From Promethearchaeota archaeon (GTDB taxonomy: Archaea > Asgardarchaeota > Lokiarchaeia > Sigyniarchaeales > SOKP01), in contig JAHPZE010000035.1 of the NCBI GenBank assembly GCA_019058365.1, forward strand, positions 1 to 38,714: a stretch of 38,714 bases of DNA, written 5' to 3'. The notes under the pieces were generated by a model that saw only the letters and a program-made list of their open reading frames with translations, did no database searches and was not told the DNA's origin. Position numbers and translations under genes: made by a program. Positions 18,592 through 26,436 of this stretch are shown here, piece by piece (position 1 is the first letter of the stretch; every line of letters starts with the position of its first letter).

Positions 18592-19872
18592 TTGGACTTA
18601 AAAGAAGTTTGGCTTATTGATTATGCTCGAACCGCTTTTTCACGTTCCAGACCAGAACAACCTGAAAGAGATGTTTTTGGTGAGATTCGTGGAGATGAAT
18701 TACTTGCGGATTTATTAATAAAATTTTTTGATGGAAAATTAGCTGATAAAGGTATAATTAAAAAAGATATTGAGGAAGCATCGATAGGGATTGCTTCTGG
18801 AGTATTAGAAAATTGGACTTATGGTGGAAAAATTCCTCTCTTTTTATCAGGATTTCCAAATGAAGTATCTTCATTTATGATTGATAAACAATGTGGTTCA
18901 GCAGGCGCTGGGATGCATGCATTGATAATGCATATTATGACAGGTAATAGTAAAAGGGTATTAGCAACTGGTTTTGAACATATGACAAGAGTTCGCAGAG
19001 TCGGAATTGTACCTGAATGGGAGCGATTTACTGACAAGAACAGCAAATTTTATAATCCTGATATTGATATAATGAATTCGATAAATATGTTACAAACTGC
19101 TCAAAGATTATACGAAGAAGAAGTGCCACGATTTACAAAAGAAGATTTAGACAAGTTTGGTGTAAGGAGTCATAATTTAACAGTTAAAAGCCAAGAAGCT
19201 GGATGGTTTAAAGGTGAAATAATTCCGATTGAAGGACATGTTGAGGGAAATGTTGATGAGCCATTGATAGTTGATAGAGATATGGCAGCAAGAAAATCTA
19301 CTTTAGAAGGTGTTGCAGGATTGCGTAGAATATCTACACCATTTTATTTAGAAAAAAACGGTGGCAAGCAGGGGTATATTGAGAGAGAAGGAACTGAAGA
19401 GGGTGTAATAACTGCGGGAAATTCATCACCTTTAAATGCAGGAGCTACAGCGGCAGTTCTTATGGAAGCAGAAGAAGCAGAAAAAAGAGGATTAGAACCA
19501 ATGGCGCGAATTATCTCAATTGGGTGGGCGGCAGTAGATCCAAGAGTTATGGGGCGAGGGCCTGTTCCAGCTACTCGTAAAGCATTAGAATATGCAGGAT
19601 TACAGGCGGATGATATTGATTACTGGGAAATAAATGAAGCTTTTTGTATTGTTGCTTTGAATTGTATGGATAAATTCAATATTCCAGAAGAAAAGGTTAA
19701 TATTATGGGGGGTTCTACCGCGATTGGACATCCTTTAGGATCAACAGTGATTCGTCTTACTGGGACATTAGCACGCATATTAAAAGATAAAAAAGCTAAG
19801 TATGGTGTAGCAAATGCGTGCGTAGGTGGTGGTCAGGGTGTAGCAACTGTAATTGAAAATATGGATGCTTAA
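18592..19872 (+). CDS. Acetyl-CoA C-acyltransferase (thiolase)
   Basis: KQCGSA nucleophile Cys, TAGNSSPLN, EINEAF, GHPLG and CVGGGQG. TTG start after GGAGTGA. Confidence 0.93.
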   Translation: MDLKEVWLIDYARTAFSRSRPEQPERDVFGEIRGDELLADLLIKFFDGKLADKGIIKKDIEEASIGIASGVLENWTYGGKIPLFLSGFPNEVSSFMIDKQCGSAGAGMHALIMHIMTGNSKRVLATGFEHMTRVRRVGIVPEWERFTDKNSKFYNPDIDIMNSINMLQTAQRLYEEEVPRFTKEDLDKFGVRSHNLTVKSQEAGWFKGEIIPIEGHVEGNVDEPLIVDRDMAARKSTLEGVAGLRRISTPFYLEKNGGKQGYIEREGTEEGVITAGNSSPLNAGATAAVLMEAEEAEKRGLEPMARIISIGWAAVDPRVMGRGPVPATRKALEYAGLQADDIDYWEINEAFCIVALNCMDKFNIPEEKVNIMGGSTAIGHPLGSTVIRLTGTLARILKDKKAKYGVANACVGGGQGVATVIENMDA

Positions 19873-19952
19873 AATCAGCTTTTTATTAAAATTTTTTTTA
19901 TCTATTTCATTTTACAAATATATTTAGGAAAAAATCTCAAAAGGTAATACTA

Positions 19953-20837
19953 ATGGTCTTTATAAATAAAGAAGGAAAATTTAACGAGAATACTTGGTTA
20001 ATTGATGGTTATTTATTTGGAGGTATGGGAAGTCTATCAGCGTATATTATCGAAAATAATGGCATTCGAATGATGATTGATGCTTCTGAAAAAGCAGCAG
20101 TACCCAAAATTATTGAAACGTTGAAAGAGTTTAATATTTATCCTATACATAAGATTCTCCTGACGCATTCTCATTTTGATCATACAGATGGTGTCCATGA
20201 ATTTCAGAAATTGATAATGGATACAGATATTGAAGTTTTAGCATCGGAAAATGCTATAGAAAATTTAAAAAATCCTAATAAGATTAATGGAGTATTTGGA
20301 GCCGAAACGGAACCAATAGAAGGAGTCACGCCCTTAAAAGATAATCAAATTATAAATTTAAATGGTTTAGAATTAAAAGTACTTAATTTTTTCGGTCATA
20401 CTATGGATTCTATTGCGTTATTTGACAAAAAAAATAAAAATATATTTACTGGTGATGCAATTATTGATAAATCCAGTATTTATTACTTCCAACCAACTTT
20501 TATGCCACCAGATTTTCATGAAGCAGAATTATTAAAGTCATTTCAAAGACTTAGGAATATGAAGGATGAATTGAATTCAATATCATTAGCCCATTATGGC
20601 GTATGGAAAGATGAAGATTTCGATCAAATAATAAATAGTATGGAAGAATTACATTTTGCAACAAAAAATTCAATTATTAAGTGGTATAAAGAAAATCCTT
20701 CATATAATTACTTAGCTCTCAAGTTTCATGAAAAATTCATACCCAAATCGAAAATTATCAAGTTAGGATATATTGAAGTTTTAGAAAGAACTATGGAGTG
20801 GCTTGTTGAAGGCTTAAAAAGAAGTGGATTTATATAA
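19953..20837 (+). CDS. Metallo-beta-lactamase-fold hydrolase
   Basis: LTHSHFDHTDG, GHT, FTGDA and AHYG metal ligands. Confidence 0.85.
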   Translation: MVFINKEGKFNENTWLIDGYLFGGMGSLSAYIIENNGIRMMIDASEKAAVPKIIETLKEFNIYPIHKILLTHSHFDHTDGVHEFQKLIMDTDIEVLASENAIENLKNPNKINGVFGAETEPIEGVTPLKDNQIINLNGLELKVLNFFGHTMDSIALFDKKNKNIFTGDAIIDKSSIYYFQPTFMPPDFHEAELLKSFQRLRNMKDELNSISLAHYGVWKDEDFDQIINSMEELHFATKNSIIKWYKENPSYNYLALKFHEKFIPKSKIIKLGYIEVLERTMEWLVEGLKRSGFI

Positions 20838-20909
20838 TTTAATTAAATTTTTTCGCGAATAGTAATTTGTAAAACAAAAAATAATCGAATATACTAATGA
20901 TACTGTCCT

Positions 20910-21644
20910 TTATTTATATTCAAATTCATCTATTACCAGATTAGGATCAGTAAACCCTTTTTGAATTTTTCGTAATGTATATTTCCGAAATTCTTTACTT
21001 GTAAAACTTTGAGTTCCAAATTGTGAACGTTCCTCTACTTCCTTCCTTTCTTTATTATTTGTCTCTTCAATAATCCGCATAGCTTTTTCCACCATCGTTG
21101 CCCCGAGTAATAAGCTAAACATAAAGAATGAGAGTAATGCAGCGTTATTTTCTTTGATCTCTCCGTTATCAATTGCTGATTGAATTAAACGAGTGGTTCC
21201 ATTTAAAAAGCTAAATTGTTTATATTCTTTTTCAAATGAACCAATTTTATCCGATGAAGGAGGGCGTATAAGGTGCATTAATCGAAAAGCCGCATAATCC
21301 TTTTCTGCAAACTCAAAAAAATGCTTAAAAATTCTTAATAAAGTATCAATATTAGTATCACTAGATTCTTTTATAATTTCACGGTTCTCGTTCCGATATT
21401 GTTCATAGCATTTCTTTCTTATCGCAATCCATAATTCTCTTTTACTTTCTACGTAGTTATAAAGATTATTTTTATTCATATCTAACATTTTTGCTAGTCC
21501 CCCTAATGTAAAACCGTCTCGTCCATGTTCTTCAAATAACTGCTTACCTACCTCTAAAATTTTTTCAAATTGCTGAGCTTTTTTTTCAGGTGATCGGCTT
21601 CTTGTCTTTTTAGTTTTTTTGTTAACTTGGTTTTGCTCTACCAT
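20910..21644 (-). CDS. TetR/AcrR family transcriptional regulator (paralog 2)
   Basis: RSRSPEKKA..FEKILE and NNLYNYVESKRELWIAIR are identical to paralog 1. ATG at 21644. Confidence 0.9.
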   Translation of the reverse strand: MVEQNQVNKKTKKTRSRSPEKKAQQFEKILEVGKQLFEEHGRDGFTLGGLAKMLDMNKNNLYNYVESKRELWIAIRKKCYEQYRNENREIIKESSDTNIDTLLRIFKHFFEFAEKDYAAFRLMHLIRPPSSDKIGSFEKEYKQFSFLNGTTRLIQSAIDNGEIKENNAALLSFFMFSLLLGATMVEKAMRIIEETNNKERKEVEERSQFGTQSFTSKEFRKYTLRKIQKGFTDPNLVIDEFEYK

Positions 21645-21879
21645 TCTTTTCACATATCCAAAAATTAAAATTAAAGAAATTCGTTATTATTGTATTGTAA
21701 ATTACTTTTTCTCGTTATATAATGAAACTTTTTTATTTTATTTAAAAATTATTAATTAAACTAATAAGTTTTTTAAAAGTTGGAAAAATTCATAATAGTG
21801 CATTATTTTTGACCAAATATCTCATAGTTTTATGATCAAACGCCAATTTATTCGTTTCTAAAGTATTCGGACAATGCAT

Positions 21880-21915
21880 AATAAATAGACGATCGCTATT
21901 AAAGATCTTTTTAAA
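21880..21915 (+). promoter_or_regulatory. 36-bp promoter element shared with 25242-25277, ending in a TATA-like TTTTTAAA
   Basis: AATAAATAGACGATCGCTATTAAAGATCTTTTTAAA, 32/36 identical to the copy upstream of the GRE activase. Confidence 0.6.
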
Positions 21916-22015
21916 TAAGTTAAGATAGTAATTACATATAAACATGTATTATTCATTTTTAGTTCTAAAATTTATTTTATTAGGAATAATGCATTAAACT
22001 TAATGGTGAGTTTTT

Positions 22016-23311
22016 ATGGAAAATAAATCTGAGCAAAATTCTGACCAAGTAAATGAGCAATTAATAGCTCTTATGAATTTACTAAAAAGTAGAGCACCTG
22101 GAGGAATATTAACGTCCTTTCGTTCACCACAGGTTATATTTGGTTTTACTGCATTAAACAGGATAAAGAATTACTTAGATGGTAATCTTGAAGAAGAAGA
22201 AAGAAGAGTCTTAATAATAACAGATGATTTCACTGAAAAGTTTGCTGCCCCTATAAGTAATGTATTTAGTAAAATAAACATCGTTTCAAAAGTGTGGTCT
22301 GGTGTGAAACCAGAGGCGCCAATCGACATTATCGATGAAGCCGTAAAAATGTGTGAAGATTTTAAACCTAGAGTATTTGTAGCAATTGGTGGAGGGAGTG
22401 TACTTGATACTACCAAAGTTTTAATGATCAAATACGAAAAACCTGAAACAAATCTATTTACGGTTTCAGCTTTAGAGCCTCTTGGTTTACGGAAAAAAAT
22501 TAAATATTTTATAGCTATTCCAACAACATCAGGAACTGGATCTGAAGCTACTCTCGCTTCTATGTTAACGGATATAAATACTGATCCTCCGAAAAAATTT
22601 ACAGTCTCTCATCCAGAATTGATTCCTGATTATGCAGTTTTAATTACTGAATTTGTACAAGATATGCCACCTTTTTTAACCATGGCTACTGGACTAGATG
22701 CGTTAACTCACGCAGCAGGATCTTATATATCAAATATAGGAACTCCATTTGCCGATGCCATGAACATATATGCTATTAAAGAAATAATAAAGTATTTGCC
22801 TCGTGCATATAAATATGGTGCTAAAGATATAGAAGCAAGATCACATATGCAAATAGCAGCGACGATGGCAGGACTAGGATTTATTCATTCTCGGGTTGGA
22901 ATTGACCATGCTTTAGGTCATAGTTTAGGTAAAGTACTAAATGTTCATCATGGACTTTGTGTTGGGATGTTTCTACCGTATACAATTGCTTTCCAAATGA
23001 AAATTACAGAAAGGTGGAAGGATTTATGTCCACTTTTTGGAATTGATACTAAAAATAAAGATAATAATGAGTTATCTATGGAATTTCTTAGAAGCGTAAA
23101 AGAGTTCATACATTCAATAGATGGTCCTGTATGTGTAAAAGAAATAAAGAAACCTATCATTACTGAGGAGGAGTACTATAAAAATTTAGATCTTTTAGTA
23201 AATTATGCTGAAACAGATCCTGTAGCTTATATGGTTACTCGTTATATCGACAGCGAAGTTATAAAAAGAATATTTGAATATGCTTGGGATGGTAAAACTA
23301 TTGATTTTTAA
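22016..23311 (+). CDS. Iron-containing (type III) alcohol dehydrogenase
   Basis: IGGGSVLD, IPTTSGTGSE, DALTH, HALGH and HHG metal ligands. Confidence 0.92.
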   Translation: MENKSEQNSDQVNEQLIALMNLLKSRAPGGILTSFRSPQVIFGFTALNRIKNYLDGNLEEEERRVLIITDDFTEKFAAPISNVFSKINIVSKVWSGVKPEAPIDIIDEAVKMCEDFKPRVFVAIGGGSVLDTTKVLMIKYEKPETNLFTVSALEPLGLRKKIKYFIAIPTTSGTGSEATLASMLTDINTDPPKKFTVSHPELIPDYAVLITEFVQDMPPFLTMATGLDALTHAAGSYISNIGTPFADAMNIYAIKEIIKYLPRAYKYGAKDIEARSHMQIAATMAGLGFIHSRVGIDHALGHSLGKVLNVHHGLCVGMFLPYTIAFQMKITERWKDLCPLFGIDTKNKDNNELSMEFLRSVKEFIHSIDGPVCVKEIKKPIITEEEYYKNLDLLVNYAETDPVAYMVTRYIDSEVIKRIFEYAWDGKTIDF

Positions 23312-23334
23312 ATTATTTGGAGTAATTTAATAAA

Positions 23335-25218
23335 ATGAACGAAAAATTATATGGTTATAATGGAAAAATCCTCTATATGGATTTAAGCAGAGAAAGTTAT
23401 GAAATAAAGGATTTAAATACTGAGATTGCTAAAAAGTATTTAGGAGGAACGGGATTAAGTGCTAAAATAACGTACGATCTACTCTCAGAAGAAGATTACA
23501 ATAAATTAAAAGAAAACCCATATTCAGAAATTAATCCTTTAATTTTTGCTACAGGTCCTATAACAGGTACCATTCGCCCAAATTCAGGTCGATATACTGT
23601 AAGTGGAATATCGCCTTTAACCGGTATATGGGGTGAGGGCACTTCCGGAGGTTTTTTCTGTATCGCCTTAAGAAATAGTGGATTTGATGCGGTAGTTTTC
23701 TTGGGAAAAACAAGTAGACTAAGTTATGTGCATATTCATGATGGAAAAATAGAATTTAAAGATGCTACAAAATTACATGGTAAAGATTGCTATGAAACTC
23801 AAAAACTAATTAAAGATGAATTAAATGTTCCAAACATTCGGATAGCTTGTATTGGTCCAGGGGGAGAAAACCTTGTTAAATATAGTGCTATAATGAATGA
23901 TGAAGGGAGAGTAGTTGGTAGATGTGGATTAGGAGCTCTTATGGGTTCAAAGAATTTGAAAGCATTAGTCGTTTATGGGAAAGAAAAGATTGAAATAGCA
24001 GATCATGAAATAGGGAAAAAATTAAGAAAGCAAGCACAACTTGAAAGGGAAGCAAACCCGATGGGAGATGTAGGAACTTTACTTTTTAATTTATATGGCA
24101 CTAATATGTATCTTGATCTAGGGATGGTTCTTGGTGACACACCAGGATATTACTTTACAGAGAGCGAATTTTTTGCCGAGAATTTAACAGGGAAAACTCT
24201 AAGAGAAGAATATCCAGTGTTCAGTTATGGGTGTGCAGGTTGTAACATAAAGTGTGGGAAATCAACAATTATTACCACAGAGGAGGGCGAAATTGAAAGT
24301 GATGGACCAGAATATGAATCTGTTGCAGCCTTAGGTACTTTATGTGGTGTATTTAATTCAAAATCAGTACTTCTTGCAAATCATCTATGTAATGAATTTG
24401 GTATCGATACTATTTCTTGTGGTGTCTCGATAGCTTTTCTAATTTATTTAGTTGAAAATAATTTAGGAATTGAGAAAATAAATCAGTTTTTGAATGATAC
24501 TCCAATAGAAGATATTAAGTGGGGAAATGGAGATGTTGTTTGCAAACTTATTGAAAAAATTGTCAAAAGGGAAGGTATCGGGGATATACTGGCAGAAGGT
24601 GTGAGAATTATGGCAGAGAAGCTGGAAGTGGATCCAGAATTAGCAGCACATGTAAAGAGTTTGGAAGTCCCTATGCATGATCCACGGGCAACTGCCGGAC
24701 AGGCATTAAGTTATATGACTGGATGTGTTGGTGCAAATCATAACAAATGTGATTGGTATTCAGCGGAAGGGGGAACTATTAACAATAGAATGCTCCATAT
24801 TAAAAGGAGTAAAAATAGATATGATATAACAGGAGGAGAAAAAGGAGTTGTAAATCTTCAAGATCTTAGAGCAATTGATGATTCGGCAGTGAATTGTAAT
24901 TTTGCAACCCCCAGACTTGAGCATATTATTGGTTATATAAATGCTGCTACAGGATTTAATTACGATCGAAAATCGCTAATGAAGGTTGGAGAACGAATAA
25001 ACAATTTGAAACGGTTAATTAGTTGCAATCTAGGAATTTCAAGGAAAGACGATAGATTACCCAATCACAATATGAAAGTATTATCATCAGGAAGATTAAA
25101 AAATGTAAAACTCGATTTAGAAGATAACTTGAAGAAATATTATAATATTCGAGGATGGGATTGGGAAACTGGAAAACCAACTGAGGAAAAATTGAAAGAA
25201 TTGGAAATAATATCTTAG
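23335..25218 (+). CDS. aor: Tungsten-type aldehyde:ferredoxin oxidoreductase (AOR family)
   Basis: YLGGTGL, SPLTG, IGPGGENLV, GRCGLGALMGSKNLKA, CAGCNIKC, GPEYES, GIDTIS and PMHDPR. Starts 23 bp after the ADH gene. Confidence 0.9.
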   Translation: MNEKLYGYNGKILYMDLSRESYEIKDLNTEIAKKYLGGTGLSAKITYDLLSEEDYNKLKENPYSEINPLIFATGPITGTIRPNSGRYTVSGISPLTGIWGEGTSGGFFCIALRNSGFDAVVFLGKTSRLSYVHIHDGKIEFKDATKLHGKDCYETQKLIKDELNVPNIRIACIGPGGENLVKYSAIMNDEGRVVGRCGLGALMGSKNLKALVVYGKEKIEIADHEIGKKLRKQAQLEREANPMGDVGTLLFNLYGTNMYLDLGMVLGDTPGYYFTESEFFAENLTGKTLREEYPVFSYGCAGCNIKCGKSTIITTEEGEIESDGPEYESVAALGTLCGVFNSKSVLLANHLCNEFGIDTISCGVSIAFLIYLVENNLGIEKINQFLNDTPIEDIKWGNGDVVCKLIEKIVKREGIGDILAEGVRIMAEKLEVDPELAAHVKSLEVPMHDPRATAGQALSYMTGCVGANHNKCDWYSAEGGTINNRMLHIKRSKNRYDITGGEKGVVNLQDLRAIDDSAVNCNFATPRLEHIIGYINAATGFNYDRKSLMKVGERINNLKRLISCNLGISRKDDRLPNHNMKVLSSGRLKNVKLDLEDNLKKYYNIRGWDWETGKPTEEKLKELEIIS

Positions 25219-25241
25219 ATTAAATTAAAGTTCGATATAAA

Positions 25242-25277
25242 AATAAATTTACGATAGCTATTAAAAATCTTTTTAAA
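25242..25277 (+). promoter_or_regulatory. Second copy of the 36-bp promoter element; includes a TAAATTTAC operator half-site
   Basis: AATAAATTTACGATAGCTATTAAAAATCTTTTTAAA. Confidence 0.6.
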
Positions 25278-25348
25278 AATTTCTTAATTTTAATAGTTAA
25301 GTTATTTTTCGTTTTAAAATAAATTCAAGATGGATAAAGTGGTTTAAG

Positions 25349-26293
25349 ATAGAAGCAACAACCCAAGGATTAATCTTCAAAATAGAGAGAATGGCTACTG
25401 ACGATGGCCCTGGTGTTCGGACAACAATTTTTTTTAATAATTGTCTTTTAAATTGCGTTTGGTGTCACAATCCAGAATCAATTCCAAAAAAACCTCAGCT
25501 TTATTGGACAGAACGTAAATGTATTGAATGCAATAGCTGTGTTGATGCTTGTCGAGAGGATATTTTAACTTTTGAAGATGATGGATTGCACATTAATAGA
25601 GAGCGATGTACTAGTTGTGGAGAATGTGTGGAAGCATGTCCTAGCACGGCATTAAGCATGTATGGAAAATGGTGGGATGTAGAAGAGCTTTTTCACGAGA
25701 TAGAAAAAGAAAAATTATTCTTTGATAAAGCAAAAGGAGGTATAACCGTTTCCGGTGGCGAACCTACTTTACAACCGGATTTTCTCTTGAAAATCTTGAA
25801 ATTATGCAAGGAAAATAGTATTTCTACTGCTTTAGATACTTGCGGAATTTCAAGTAAAAAAGTCTATCAAGATTTATTACCCTACCTTGATATAGTGTTG
25901 TTAGACATCAAAGAGATTGATCCTGAAAAGCATAAAGAATTCACAGGCGTTTCAAATAAAATAATTTTAGAAAATGCTAAATGCATGTCTAGATACGTAA
26001 AGCAAAATAAGAAAATTATGTGGATAAGGACACCTTTAATTCCAAACTATACTGCCACGAAAGAGAATGTTCAAGGAATTGGAGAATTCATTGTAAATGA
26101 ATTAGATAACATCCCGGATAAATGGGATTTATTGAGCTTCAATAAACTCTGTGATATTAAATATACACAATTAGGTAAATCATGGTCTTTAAAAGATGAG
26201 CCATTAATGACAAAGGAGGAGATGGAAAATTTTGTTGAAATTGCTAAAGGAACAGGGGTTAAGAACGTTAAGTGGTCAGGTTTAACTCGATAA
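25349..26293 (+). CDS. Glycyl-radical enzyme activating protein (radical SAM with 2x[4Fe-4S] ferredoxin insert)
   Basis: DGPGVRT, CLLNCVWCHNPE, CIECNSCVDAC/CTSCGECVEACP, SGGEP and LDTCG. The conserved GLIFKIER lies upstream of the first ATG (25391), implying a start near ATA at 25349. Confidence 0.9.
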   Translation: MEATTQGLIFKIERMATDDGPGVRTTIFFNNCLLNCVWCHNPESIPKKPQLYWTERKCIECNSCVDACREDILTFEDDGLHINRERCTSCGECVEACPSTALSMYGKWWDVEELFHEIEKEKLFFDKAKGGITVSGGEPTLQPDFLLKILKLCKENSISTALDTCGISSKKVYQDLLPYLDIVLLDIKEIDPEKHKEFTGVSNKIILENAKCMSRYVKQNKKIMWIRTPLIPNYTATKENVQGIGEFIVNELDNIPDKWDLLSFNKLCDIKYTQLGKSWSLKDEPLMTKEEMENFVEIAKGTGVKNVKWSGLTR

Positions 26294-26352
26294 GTTCAAA
26301 TAACGATAAAAAGATGCTATTTTTCTTAAATTTTATACAAAAAAATTGTAAC

Positions 26353-26375
26353 TAAAGCTAGCATTAGTAGCTTTA
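26353..26375. terminator. Inverted repeat between the convergent activase and GRE genes
   Basis: TAAAGCTA-7nt-TAGCTTTA flanked by A/T tracts. Confidence 0.4.
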
Positions 26376-26436
26376 AAAATTAAAACTAAGAAGGAAAAAT
26401 CAAATTTAAAAAATAAAAAGAATAATAAATTAAAAT

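Noticed and set aside
5477-25218. Selenocysteine recoding in the Mo/W and Fe-S enzymes
   Set aside because: The ORFs are full length with no internal TGA; the altered FS0 codon is TCT, not TGA.
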